Source: Pyrinomonadaceae bacterium
Lineage (GTDB): Bacteria > Acidobacteriota > Blastocatellia > Pyrinomonadales > Pyrinomonadaceae
Direction of reading: 5' to 3'
DNA: 64,000 nt
Assembly (NCBI GenBank): GCA_036506775.1
Contig: DASXRE010000287.1
Coordinates: 1,088-65,087, forward strand
The notes beneath the pieces were generated by a model. That model did not search any database. It saw only the letters and a list, made by a program, of their open reading frames with translations, and was not told the DNA's origin. Positions 25,359-35,324 of the stretch are shown in pieces. How positions within the stretch are numbered: position 1 is the stretch's first letter; each line of letters starts with the position of its first letter. The position numbers and the translations under genes were made by a program.

Positions 25359-26624
25359 TTGAACGCAAGCACAACACTCGAAAAAGTTTTTCGCGAAGAG
25401 TACGGACGAATCATCGCCACGCTGATTCGTCACTCCGGCTCGTTTGACCGGGCCGAAGAAGCATTGAACGAGGCCTTTGTCGCTGCGGCCGATAGCTGGG
25501 AACGCGACGGTCCACCCCGCAATCCGGGCGCCTGGCTGACAACGGTTGCGCAGCGCAAACTGCTCGACGCAATCCGTCGCGACAAAACGCGCGCGGACAA
25601 GCAGTCAGAGATCGAGTACGAAGCCCTCCGCCTGCAACCCTTTGTTGAACCCGCATCGTTCGAGGAAGTTGTGGAATATCCCGATGACCGATTGCGTTTG
25701 ATGTTCACTTGCTGCCATCCGTCTCTGGCTCGCGAGGCTCAGGTGGCACTCACGTTACGCACGCTCGGCGGACTCACCACCACCGAAATCGCACACGCGT
25801 TCCTCGTGCCCGAAACCACGATGGCCCAACGGCTGGTGCGAGCGAAACAGAAGATTCGTCTCGCGCGGATCCCCTACGAGATTCCCTCACTTGAACGGAT
25901 CAACGATCGCCTTGCTGCCGTGCAGGCCGTGGTCTATCTGATCTTCAATGAAGGTTACGCGGCGAGCACGGGTGAGAACCTCGTGCGAAACGATCTCTGC
26001 TCGGAAGCGATTCGTCTCGGGCGCGTGCTTTGCGACTTGTTGCCCAATGAACCAGAGAATATCGGTTTGCTGGCGCTGATGCTCTTGCAGGACTCACGCC
26101 GCCGCGCGCGCGTGAGCGATCGCGGCGAACTCGTGACGCTCGAAGAGCAGGATCGTTTGTTGTGGGACCGGGGCGAGATTGAAGAAGGTCTGCGGTTACT
26201 CGAAAGCGCGCTCGCAATGCGCCGTGCCGGCAAGTATCAACTTCAGGCTGCCATCGCCGCTGTTCACTGTGAAGCGCGAACTGCGGCCGAAACAGACTGG
26301 CGCCAGATCGTCGCGCTTTATGAACGACTGATGCGAACTTCAGCGTCACCCGTCGTTGCTTTAAATTACGCTGCGGCAGTGGCGATGAGTGAGGGTGCCG
26401 AAGATGGTCTGGAGTTGATTGAAGCTGCCGGCGCCGGCGGCAGACTGGATAACTACTATCTTTTTCACGCCGCTCGCGCCGACCTCCTGCGGCGGCTGGA
26501 TCGCTTTGACGAAGCCCACGCCGCCTACGAAAGAGCGCTTTCGCTCACGACTAATCGCGTGGAGCAGAACTACATTCAGCGCCGATTAGCAGAGACCGAG
26601 GGAAAATCTACGGCACAATTCTGA
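25359..26624 (+). CDS. ECF sigma factor, group ECF42-like (long TPR-like C-terminal extension)
   Basis: 421 aa. Sigma-2 and sigma-4 regions (LTLRTLGGLTTTEIAHAFLVPETTMAQRLVRAKQKI) followed by ~230 helical residues. Directly downstream of a DGPF gene. The predicted start is TTG 25359 (uncertain). Confidence 0.75.
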   Translation: MNASTTLEKVFREEYGRIIATLIRHSGSFDRAEEALNEAFVAAADSWERDGPPRNPGAWLTTVAQRKLLDAIRRDKTRADKQSEIEYEALRLQPFVEPASFEEVVEYPDDRLRLMFTCCHPSLAREAQVALTLRTLGGLTTTEIAHAFLVPETTMAQRLVRAKQKIRLARIPYEIPSLERINDRLAAVQAVVYLIFNEGYAASTGENLVRNDLCSEAIRLGRVLCDLLPNEPENIGLLALMLLQDSRRRARVSDRGELVTLEEQDRLLWDRGEIEEGLRLLESALAMRRAGKYQLQAAIAAVHCEARTAAETDWRQIVALYERLMRTSASPVVALNYAAAVAMSEGAEDGLELIEAAGAGGRLDNYYLFHAARADLLRRLDRFDEAHAAYERALSLTTNRVEQNYIQRRLAETEGKSTAQF

Positions 26625-29600
26625 TCGTGCCCATATTGCTCGACCGGCCGTGTGCGCGGATGATGACGGTGCACGTACCCACGGGCAGATTGTTGGGCAG
26701 CCTCACTTTCACCTGCGTTATTTCCGAGTCACGCTGCGTGAACGGATCCAAAGACTCGCGTACGTTGCGGACATCGATTGCAGGCACGTCGAAGACCTGA
26801 TTATTGCTGCCGATGAACCGGACGATCACAGCGAAAGGAGCCTCGCCCGGATTCAGCTCCAGATTCTGCGCAAACAGAAACAGTCTCGTATTCCGATCCG
26901 GATCGGTTGAGAACCAATCCGGAATGCCTTGCACGCGATAAGGATCGCGCAAAAACAGATCGGCATCGACGGCCGCTGCCTGGTTGGGAGTCGGGCCTGA
27001 ATCTTCTAACAGCAGGATGAGTAGATCGTCATTGACAATGGTGGCTTGGCCCTCGTCGACAATAAATGTGGCGTTGACAGGATTCGAAAGAGTAAGACCG
27101 AATGTCTCGTTCGACTCTGCATTCTTGTCACCACAGATCTTTACAGGAACTGTTACTGACGTGGTGCCGGGTTGAAATGAGATCGTGCCCGCGGCGTTCT
27201 CAAAATCAACGCCCTTTTCGTTACAGCTTGCGCCACCAGATGCAAGGAAGCTTGTGGTGGAATAGTTCACGCTGACCGAACGTCCGCTCGCGGCAGTCAG
27301 GTTTACGATGAACAAGGCCTGCGTAGTGCTGCCGGTTCCTTCGACAACAGCCGTATCGAAGATGAATATCGCCGGCGTCTTACTGCGGTCCTGAATAGTT
27401 ATAGTCACGACGGTGGGCGCCGCCAGGGCCTCGAGGTTCGAGGGATTGCGCAGCGACAGCGTGAAAGTCTCGTCAGGTTCCGTGGTTGCATCGTCGGAAA
27501 TCGGGATCTGAATCGTCTTGCTCGTTTCGCCATCACTGAAGTTCAGCGTGCCGGAAACCGAGGTGTAGTCTTGGCCGGCAATCGCAGTGACATCGGCGGT
27601 TGAGTATTCAACGCTTAGGTTCCCGGTACTGCCACCCTTGCGCACGACGGTGACATTCGCGACGCCTACGTCTTCGATCACACTGAACGAGTTCACGCTG
27701 AATTGCACGCTGCCGGTCGCGTTCGTTGCGTCGCCGGCTGAAAACTCGGAGGTATTACCATTCGGATCAGTCGCGGTCGCGGTAACCACTCTGCCGGTTG
27801 AACCAACTGGAAGGTTCGCGTTTATAGACGCATTGCCGGTACCGTCTGTGTTTACTGAAATCGAACCCAAAAACTGCGCGCCTTCGCCGTTTCCTGACGG
27901 GTCGAGAGCGGCGCTCGAATAGAAGTCGATCTGGAAAGTGGTGTTTGCCGTCGAGGTCAAACTTCCCTGAATGTTCGTACTGTTGCTCGTCGAGAGCACT
28001 GAAGTTAATACCGGGAAGTTCTGTAGCAGGTTCGCACCGTGGTCCGAGTCGATCGGATCGTTCGGAGTCACTCCAGTCAGGAACTCTGAACCAAGGTCAA
28101 TCCCCAACTCGCCGTTGGAAAAAATGGAATTGCCGCGGATTACATTACCGTTGCCGTCAAAGATCCGGACGCCTGCACCACCGCTGAAGGCTATCTTGTT
28201 CGCAGCTCCCGTTTGCGTGCCGCCGATAGTGTTGTTATTCGCACCGGAGATGACGATGCCGTAAAAACTATTCGGAAGCGGCCCCGTTCCGAGTGCGTTC
28301 AATCCGATAAGGTTTCCCTGGATAACATTTCCGAAGAGCAACGCCGTGGTCGAGCCTCCGATTTGTATGCCGTAGCCGTTTCCGGAAATTACATTGCCAG
28401 CTCCCGGCGCGACGCCGCCGACGACGTTGTTAACATCAGAAATACTGACGCCCGCAAACACATTATTGGTGAGATTGCTGAGAGCTTTGGTGCCGGTCAC
28501 GTCAGTGCCGATGTAGTTTCCCTGCACTACCGCTGCGGAGCCGATGCTGTTCGAACCGAGTGAGACGTTCCCAAACCCGCCGTTCGCCGAAATAATATTG
28601 CGGGCTTCGGGAACGGTGCCGCCGATTAACGCGTGGTCACCAGCGACAACACCGCTGCCGCCATTGCCCAAGGCGAGCGTGCCAGTGATGTCGGTGCCGA
28701 TGTAATTACCCTGTACCTTGGTGTCGGCCCCACTAACTGAAACGCCGTCTCCGTTATTGCCGGAAATGATGTTTCTGGCTGCCGCTGTCAGACCACCCAC
28801 AAGTATGTTTGTGCCTCTTGCACTGACACCGACGCCGTTGGGAACTTTGCTGGTTCCAGTCACATCCGTCCCGATCAAGTTGCCTTGAATGACAGTTCCG
28901 GTGCCGCTGGTGTTGACTCCGCGCTGGTTTCCGGAAATGAGATTACCGGCTCCGGCTGCCGTACCGCCGATTACATTGTTTGTGAAAGGAGAACTCTGAA
29001 TCGTTATTCCACTGGAGCCGTTTGCAATCTCGGCTGTTCCGGCTGCGTTGGTGCCGATAAAGTTTCCCTGAACGACGTTCTCATTGCCACCGATTTCAAT
29101 GCCGTCGAAGATACTGGCGGAGATCACGTTGCGTGCGGCAGTGGTGGTTCCTCCGATAGTGTTGTTTGAGGAGATCGAGAGAAGAATGCCGCGGACGTTC
29201 GGTTTAGCCGTGGTCCCATTCGCATCAACGCCGAGATAATTTCCCTGAATCACATTGTTGTCGCAGCTAAACAGCCAGATGGCTGCGTTGCCGCTACGGA
29301 AGTTACCAATCGCTAATCCTCGCACCGTGCTTCCGCCGGCTTTGATCACGAAACCATTTCCCGTATTCCCGGTGCCGTCGAGTTGGATAAGCGGTGTGCC
29401 GGCGTAGCCTGGTTGGGTGGTGCCGTCAATTACGATCTGCTCCGTGATGTCCGGCAGTGGCGTGGGCAAATTGATGGTCTTCACTCCCGGTCCGGGAATG
29501 TTGAAGACAATCGTGTCCGCACCAGGCGTGGCGTTCGCGTTGGTAATCGCTTCGCGGAGTGAGCCAGTGCCGTCGGCGTTGTCGTTCGTCACCACAAAAT

Positions 29601-29787
29601 TCTGCGAGAAGGTTGCGACGTTTGCTGTTCGAGCCACACGCAGATTGGCGAAGGTTTGGCGGCGTGGTCCAGCGTCCTCTTTGTGAGCGGCGACGAAAAT
29701 CACGGACGCGAATATCGCGATCAGGCAGACCGTGGCACCGACAAGCGCAGTCCGATGGCTGTGCGAGAAGCGGGAGGTTGAGATCAT
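26608..29787 (-). CDS. Large secreted CSLREA-domain / parallel beta-helix repeat protein with two Calx-beta domains
   Basis: 1059 aa with an N-terminal TM/signal segment. GTGSLREAITNAN motif. More than 15 degenerate GN.IGTD..GT beta-helix turns. Two Calx-beta-like units (EYSTADVTAIAGQDYTSVSGTLNFSDGETSKTIQIPISDD; VNYSTTS...FQPGTTSVTVPVKICGD). Confidence 0.8.
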   Translation of the reverse strand: MISTSRFSHSHRTALVGATVCLIAIFASVIFVAAHKEDAGPRRQTFANLRVARTANVATFSQNFVVTNDNADGTGSLREAITNANATPGADTIVFNIPGPGVKTINLPTPLPDITEQIVIDGTTQPGYAGTPLIQLDGTGNTGNGFVIKAGGSTVRGLAIGNFRSGNAAIWLFSCDNNVIQGNYLGVDANGTTAKPNVRGILLSISSNNTIGGTTTAARNVISASIFDGIEIGGNENVVQGNFIGTNAAGTAEIANGSSGITIQSSPFTNNVIGGTAAGAGNLISGNQRGVNTSGTGTVIQGNLIGTDVTGTSKVPNGVGVSARGTNILVGGLTAAARNIISGNNGDGVSVSGADTKVQGNYIGTDITGTLALGNGGSGVVAGDHALIGGTVPEARNIISANGGFGNVSLGSNSIGSAAVVQGNYIGTDVTGTKALSNLTNNVFAGVSISDVNNVVGGVAPGAGNVISGNGYGIQIGGSTTALLFGNVIQGNLIGLNALGTGPLPNSFYGIVISGANNNTIGGTQTGAANKIAFSGGAGVRIFDGNGNVIRGNSIFSNGELGIDLGSEFLTGVTPNDPIDSDHGANLLQNFPVLTSVLSTSNSTNIQGSLTSTANTTFQIDFYSSAALDPSGNGEGAQFLGSISVNTDGTGNASINANLPVGSTGRVVTATATDPNGNTSEFSAGDATNATGSVQFSVNSFSVIEDVGVANVTVVRKGGSTGNLSVEYSTADVTAIAGQDYTSVSGTLNFSDGETSKTIQIPISDDATTEPDETFTLSLRNPSNLEALAAPTVVTITIQDRSKTPAIFIFDTAVVEGTGSTTQALFIVNLTAASGRSVSVNYSTTSFLASGGASCNEKGVDFENAAGTISFQPGTTSVTVPVKICGDKNAESNETFGLTLSNPVNATFIVDEGQATIVNDDLLILLLEDSGPTPNQAAAVDADLFLRDPYRVQGIPDWFSTDPDRNTRLFLFAQNLELNPGEAPFAVIVRFIGSNNQVFDVPAIDVRNVRESLDPFTQRDSEITQVKVRLPNNLPVGTCTVIIRAHGRSSNMGTIRIVP

Positions 29788-29996
29788 ATTTTCTTAGCGA
29801 AAGCGAACTAAAAGATTTATCGGCGAGAGGCCGCGAGCTGATGCCGCATCCATTTTGTTGATAAGGGCCAAAGAAGTCAATTGGTGGCCCTAAAAAGATC
29901 GAAATTTCGCGTTATTAACTGGTCGGGCTTTTCAAACTTTGTCGTAAAGACGATGACAGACTGCGTCGTATAGAGAACAAAAGGAACCCCCGCAAA

Positions 29997-30674
29997 ATGA
30001 AAATCAGAGCAAAATATGTGGTCTTTACGCTGATCGGGTTGATGAGTTTGTACGTGATGTATCACAACGAGCGTTTCCTCGTGGATTCGAATCATCCGGC
30101 ATGGCAACACTACGGGCCATTCAAGTGGTGGTTACTGCCGCACGGCATCTTTGGCGCGATCGTGCTGCTGTTTGCGCCACTGCAGTTTTCTGATCGGCTG
30201 CGACAGCGATTCACCAAAGTGCATCGCATCATGGGACGACTCTACGTGGTTGGTGCGCTAGGACTCGCGCCGCTTGGTGCCTACATTCAGTATTACCAGG
30301 AACGCATGGGTGCGCCACGTTCCTTTACCGTTTTGGGAATCGTCGACGCATCCATGTTGATGGGCGCCACGCTGCTCGCTTTTCTGTTTGCGTTCAAGCG
30401 GAAGATCGCCTTGCACCGGCAGTGGGCCACGCGCAGTTATGCCATCGCCCTGGTGTTCATCGGTGGCCGGTTCGTTTTGGGAATCACTGGTTGGGAGACG
30501 CTGGGAGTTGAGATCGTGCAGGCGATGATCTGGTCATGTCTCGCTTTGTCAGTTCCGTTGGCGGATATCGCGATCAACTGGCGCGAGCTGCGGTCCACTG
30601 TGTCGGCAGCGCCCGCGAAGCCAACTATGGCGAGTAATCAGAGCGTTGTTACTCGCGCCGCGCGCGCTGCTTAA
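29997..30674 (+). CDS. DUF2306-like membrane protein
   Basis: 225 aa with ~5-6 TM segments. LLPHGIFGAIVLLFAPLQF..LR....VHRIMGRLYV matches the DUF2306 pattern as I recall it. Confidence 0.55.
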   Translation: MKIRAKYVVFTLIGLMSLYVMYHNERFLVDSNHPAWQHYGPFKWWLLPHGIFGAIVLLFAPLQFSDRLRQRFTKVHRIMGRLYVVGALGLAPLGAYIQYYQERMGAPRSFTVLGIVDASMLMGATLLAFLFAFKRKIALHRQWATRSYAIALVFIGGRFVLGITGWETLGVEIVQAMIWSCLALSVPLADIAINWRELRSTVSAAPAKPTMASNQSVVTRAARAA

Positions 30675-30681
30675 GAGGACG

Positions 30682-30765
30682 GTTTGTAGGGGCAGTCCGT
30701 GGCCACCCCCTTTAGCGTCTCAAACGGGGTGGCCACAGAGTGCCACCCCCTACAAAATCAGGACT
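30682..30765. repeat. Palindromic repeat, family B (GTAGGGG..GTGGCCACCCC..CCCCTACAAAATCAGGACT)
   Basis: Nested inverted repeats. A related copy lies at 37602-37667 and shares GTGGCCACCCCGTTTGAG and CCCCTACAAAATCAGGACT. Confidence 0.8.
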
Positions 30766-30784
30766 CTTCTTCTCCAGAGATCTC

Positions 30785-30821
30785 GGACCAAAGCGGTGAC
30801 AAGTCCCCGCACTCCAGGGAG
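30785..30821. repeat. Solo right arm of family A repeat
   Basis: GGACCAAAGCGGTGACAAGTCCCCGCACTCCAGGGAG, with no matching left arm nearby. Confidence 0.8.
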
Positions 30822-30843
30822 ACGCCCGTGGATCTCTTCGCGG

Positions 30844-31374
30844 TTACTCGGGTTTGTCACGTCTTTGCAGATTCACAAAGACGTGGTAGGTAACGCCGTC
30901 CCAGGCGTTGTGGATGCCGACGAAGAGAAGCAGTAATGTCGCAGCGGCCACGATGAATAGCGCCGGGCGTGCCTGAGCGCGAGCCACGAGTGCCGAGATC
31001 GCCAACATTGCGTAGGCCACAAGCGGAAGGAGAATGTGAAACAACCAATCTTCGAACACCGGCCGATAAGCTTTCTGCTTTCGCATGCGCTTGGCAACGA
31101 CGATTTCATACACAGTCGCGGCAAGACCGATTAATCCCCAAAGAGTTGCAATGGCGCCGATCGTATTCCACGGCGCGCTCAGCAACGCGGCCAACAGCAA
31201 CACCACGCCAAAGTGAACTACGCTCGGCGTTGCAAACGCCGCACTAGCCTCAGCCGCACGCACTGGTGGTCGTTGGGCGATGAGCGTGAGGACCACGAAC
31301 TGCAGTCCAATCAGTGCGCCCGCAGATGACCCAGTGATCACATAGAAGTTGCTCCAACCGGTCAGTTCTGACAT
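30844..31374 (-). CDS. Hypothetical integral membrane protein
   Basis: 176 aa with ~5 hydrophobic segments and no recognisable motif. Confidence 0.5.
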   Translation of the reverse strand: MSELTGWSNFYVITGSSAGALIGLQFVVLTLIAQRPPVRAAEASAAFATPSVVHFGVVLLLAALLSAPWNTIGAIATLWGLIGLAATVYEIVVAKRMRKQKAYRPVFEDWLFHILLPLVAYAMLAISALVARAQARPALFIVAAATLLLLFVGIHNAWDGVTYHVFVNLQRRDKPE

Positions 31375-31571
31375 ATCGTTAGTTCATCTCCAATGGGATT
31401 TTTGTTTCGGACTAATAATACAGATTTCATTGATCTCCGCCTGCCGGAGGAGTATTGTCAAGTGCAAGAGTTGCGAACAGAAAGGGCTTCAACCGGGGCC
31501 TTCCCGACTTCCGTTCCCCCCGCATCCTCGTTGTAATTCTGCTCCTCCTGGCAATCATTAAGGAGGTCCTC

Positions 31572-32330
31572 GTGCGCATTCGACAAAGCGTGGCAGCAGC
31601 ATTTCTTCTCGCGACGAGTCTGCTTGTCATAGCATCAACTGATTCAGTCGCAAGGTCCAAAGTCAAGAAACGGCCAGCCGGTCCACCCACTCGTGCAGAG
31701 TTGAAAGAGGCAGAGCGGCGTCTGTCAGAGATGGGTTACTGGACTGGACCCATCGACGGCGTGATCGACAGCACCACCCACTCCGCCTTGATTGCATTTC
31801 AAAAATGGGAAGACCGCAGAATTACGGGTCGACTAACGCGTTCAGAGTTCAACGCGATCCGTGAGGCCAGTGCGCCACAAGCGAGAGACACGAGCTACAA
31901 ACACGTCGAAATAGATCTCGATCGACAAGTGCTTTTGTTGACGGATGACGACGGGATCGTCACGAGAGTTCTTACCGTATCAACCGGCAGTGGCAAGCAC
32001 TACAAAGAGAAACGGATGAGCGGTCTCGCTTACACACCGCGAGGCCGCTTCAGGATTTACGGGAAGATGCAAGGATGGCGGAAGTCGCCTCTCGGTCTGC
32101 TTTATTACCCCAACTACTTCAGCGACGGTCTGGCGATACACGGCAATCCTTCAGTACCGCACAACCCTCAGAGTCATGGTTGCGTGCGCATTCCGATGTT
32201 TGCGGCAGAGGAGATGAGCAAACAACTTCCGGTCGGAACGATCGTGCTGATCTACGATAGCGAGTCATTCGTTTCCGCCAGAGATTGGGCGGAAGCGGAT
32301 AAGCAAAGGGCGGCGAACAATGATCGATGA
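31572..32330 (+). CDS. L,D-transpeptidase (YkuD) with PG_binding_1 domain
   Basis: GTG 31572 lies 5 nt after AAGGAGG. Signal peptide. PG-binding motif (LSEMGYWTGPIDGVIDSTTHSALIAFQKW). Catalytic HGCVRIP. Confidence 0.8.
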   Translation: MRIRQSVAAAFLLATSLLVIASTDSVARSKVKKRPAGPPTRAELKEAERRLSEMGYWTGPIDGVIDSTTHSALIAFQKWEDRRITGRLTRSEFNAIREASAPQARDTSYKHVEIDLDRQVLLLTDDDGIVTRVLTVSTGSGKHYKEKRMSGLAYTPRGRFRIYGKMQGWRKSPLGLLYYPNYFSDGLAIHGNPSVPHNPQSHGCVRIPMFAAEEMSKQLPVGTIVLIYDSESFVSARDWAEADKQRAANNDR

Positions 32331-32544
32331 TGGAAGCAATGTAATCATTCCATTGGCCGCGCAGCTTCACGTAGTTCTCTCCCTCTTGCCTGGACTGTTT
32401 CTTCTATTTGGTAGAAACCCAAGTTTTAGGCGAGTTAGCATGAGACCGGTCACTTGCCGTGCCAAACTGCCCGCCGCCCAACCTCTTCAAAAGCGTCCTT
32501 GTTTCTTCTTGCACTAATGCTGGCCGTGACGTAAAACGTCACCG

Positions 32545-35313
32545 GTGGCAGAACTTTCCCCCGATGCTACGCTGGCCCACTATCGCATCATCTCCAAAAT
32601 CGGTGCGGGCGGTATGGGTGAGGTATATCGCGCCCAGGATACCGAACTCGGACGGCCAGTTGCTCTAAAATTCCTGCCAGCCGAACTCGCTGCTCATCAA
32701 AACCGCGTAAAACGGTTCATCCAGGAAGCAAAGGCCGCCTCCGCACTCAATCATCCAAACATTCTCACCGTTTACGAGATTGGGCGGGCGGACGACACAA
32801 CTTTCATCGCGACCGAGTTCGTCGACGGCATCACACTCCGCGATTACATGCACCAGTGGCTAAAGCTGGTGGACATACTCGACGTCGCCGCACAAATCGC
32901 TTCCGCACTGGTTGCCGCACATGCCGCGGGCATTGTTCATCGCGACATCAAACCCGAAAACATCATGGTGCGCAAAGACGGCATCGTGAAGGTACTGGAC
33001 TTCGGTCTCGCCAAGCTCACCGAAAGACAAGATTCATTAACTGGTTCGGAAGCCACCACGATCGCCCTCGTCAACACCGAACCCGGAACAGTGCTAGGCA
33101 CCGCCGCTTACATGTCGCCGGAGCAAGCCGCAGGACGTGAGGTTGATGCGCGCTCGGATATCTGGAGTCTCGGCGTCGTGCTTTACGAGATGCTCACGTC
33201 ACGCACGCCTTTCGCAGGCGCGTCGAAGAGTCACATCATCGTCGCGATTATCGATCAAGAGCCATTGCCAATAACGAAGTTAGCACCCGAGGTGCCGGCA
33301 GCACTCGAATGGATCGTCGCTGAAGCCCTGACGAAAGATCCCGACGAGCGCTGTCAGACGGCGAAAGAGATGCTGAACAAGTTGAAGCGCTTGAAGCAGC
33401 GGATCGAGTCGGGTGATTCCAACATAACTTTACTTCCCGCCACCCAATCCGGGTCGGACCAACCCCGCTCCGTCGCGACAACGCGATCAGATGTTGTCGT
33501 ACCCACGCGCGAACTCTCAAACGTTGAATCCATGTCCTCGCAAATCAGTAAACACAGGAAAGCGTCCGTCGCAGTTGCTGTACTCGGCTTGATCATCGTC
33601 ACTGCGATTGGTTATGGCCTCTACCGGCTGTTCAACCAGCCAAAGCAGTTCGGTCCGGTAAGGATGACAGCGTTAACAACCGGCGGGAAGCTGAACGACG
33701 AAGACATCAACGGTCAACTCTCGATTTCACCTGACGGCAAGTACGTGGTCTGCGCCGCGAATGATGCCAAACAACAAGCGAGCCTCTGGATCAGACAAAT
33801 ATCAACGAACAGCCTCGTACGGATCGTTCCTCCGGATAACGGCACCTACATGGCGACAACCTTCTCGCCGGACGGCGAAATGGTTTACTACCAGGCGGTG
33901 CTCGAAAGAGACAAGTTTGTTCCTACTCTCTATCGAGTTCCCGTTCTGGGTGGCACGCCCGCAAAGGTGCTTGATCGCGTCTTCAGTGCAATCGGGTTTT
34001 CTCGTGACGGCTCTCAATTCGCTTTCGTGCGCAAGAATCAGAACGACATGGCGCTCATGGTCGCCAATACCGACGGCAGCGGTGAGCCAAAGACTATCGC
34101 CGTGCTCAAACAGCCGAATGGGTTTTCCGCTGCTGGACCATCATGGTCGCCTGACGGAAAGCGGATCGCCTGCGGTATGTTCAATGGATCTGGCGCCGGA
34201 TACTCGACCGTCGTAGCAGTCCCGGTCGAAGGCGGTAATCCTCAACCACTTGGTTCACAGCAATGGGCCAGCGTTGGTCGTGTAGTCTGGCTCGCAGACG
34301 GCAGCGGCCTGATCATGACTGCGCAGCCTGAGTCGTCGTCTATCGGTACGCAGATCTGGCTACTTTCTTATCCTCGCGGAGAGGCGCGACGAGTAACCAA
34401 CGACTTGAACGGTTACGGAGAAGTGAGCCTGGGATTGACGTCAGACTCACGCACGATCGCTACGATCCAGCAGGTAAACACGAGCAGCATCTGGATTACT
34501 GGTCCAAACGAAGATGAAAGCCGCGCGCAGCAGGCTCTCAAAACCACTCTTCCGGAAACCGTTTCCTGGACGCCGGACGGAAAGATCGTTTACGCCGCGC
34601 GCACCGGAGAAAATTGGGACATCTGGACAGCCAATCCTGACGGCCCTGGAAGCAAGCAACTAACGACTGATGCTTTTGTCGATCAGCAACCATCAGTTTG
34701 TGCGGATGGCCAATACATCGTGTTTCAATCCAATCGTTTGCGCAGTCGAAACATCTGGCGAATGAATGCCGACGGCACCAATCCGAAGCAACTCACCGAC
34801 GGCAAAGATGTGGACGCTTATCCGGTCTGTTCCACTGACAGCCACTCCGTGGTGTTCATGTCGGAGCGCTCCGGCTCATCGTCCATCTGGAAGGTTGGAA
34901 TCGATGGTGGCGCTCCAGTGCGATTGACCAATCGTCCTTCCGAACTCCCAACTATCTCGCCCGATGGTAAACTGATCTCGTACTTCTACAGAGACGAACA
35001 GGCAAACAGCCAACCCAGACTGGCGTTTATCCCTTTCGAAGGTGGCGATCCCGTAAAGACGATCGAACTCCCGCGTACCGTCCAACCTGTTGCGTTTGCA
35101 TGGCTGCCTGATGGACGCTCGATCGCTTACCTTGATGCCGCCTCTGGAATCATAAACGTCTGGAGTCAACCGATTGGCGGCGGTGCGCCAAAACAGTTGA
35201 CTAATTTCAAGAGAGAGTTCGTGACCAGTTTTGCGATCTCTCGCGATAACAGAATTGCCGCATACCGCTTTTCTGCGACAAGAGACATTGTCCTAATCAA
35301 AGATTTCCGATAA
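32545..35313 (+). CDS. Membrane Ser/Thr protein kinase with extracytoplasmic TolB-like (PD40) beta-propeller
   Basis: Kinase motifs: GAGGMGEVYRA, VALKFL, HRDIKPENIM, DFGLA, YMSPEQ. One TM segment (VAVAVLGLIIVTAIGYGLY). Nine or more PD40-type repeats (SPDGKYVV, FSPDGEMVYY, WSPDGKRIAC, WTPDGKIVYA, ISPDGKLISY...). Confidence 0.9.
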   Translation: MAELSPDATLAHYRIISKIGAGGMGEVYRAQDTELGRPVALKFLPAELAAHQNRVKRFIQEAKAASALNHPNILTVYEIGRADDTTFIATEFVDGITLRDYMHQWLKLVDILDVAAQIASALVAAHAAGIVHRDIKPENIMVRKDGIVKVLDFGLAKLTERQDSLTGSEATTIALVNTEPGTVLGTAAYMSPEQAAGREVDARSDIWSLGVVLYEMLTSRTPFAGASKSHIIVAIIDQEPLPITKLAPEVPAALEWIVAEALTKDPDERCQTAKEMLNKLKRLKQRIESGDSNITLLPATQSGSDQPRSVATTRSDVVVPTRELSNVESMSSQISKHRKASVAVAVLGLIIVTAIGYGLYRLFNQPKQFGPVRMTALTTGGKLNDEDINGQLSISPDGKYVVCAANDAKQQASLWIRQISTNSLVRIVPPDNGTYMATTFSPDGEMVYYQAVLERDKFVPTLYRVPVLGGTPAKVLDRVFSAIGFSRDGSQFAFVRKNQNDMALMVANTDGSGEPKTIAVLKQPNGFSAAGPSWSPDGKRIACGMFNGSGAGYSTVVAVPVEGGNPQPLGSQQWASVGRVVWLADGSGLIMTAQPESSSIGTQIWLLSYPRGEARRVTNDLNGYGEVSLGLTSDSRTIATIQQVNTSSIWITGPNEDESRAQQALKTTLPETVSWTPDGKIVYAARTGENWDIWTANPDGPGSKQLTTDAFVDQQPSVCADGQYIVFQSNRLRSRNIWRMNADGTNPKQLTDGKDVDAYPVCSTDSHSVVFMSERSGSSSIWKVGIDGGAPVRLTNRPSELPTISPDGKLISYFYRDEQANSQPRLAFIPFEGGDPVKTIELPRTVQPVAFAWLPDGRSIAYLDAASGIINVWSQPIGGGAPKQLTNFKREFVTSFAISRDNRIAAYRFSATRDIVLIKDFR

Positions 35314-35324
35314 GGAGCCTCCCA

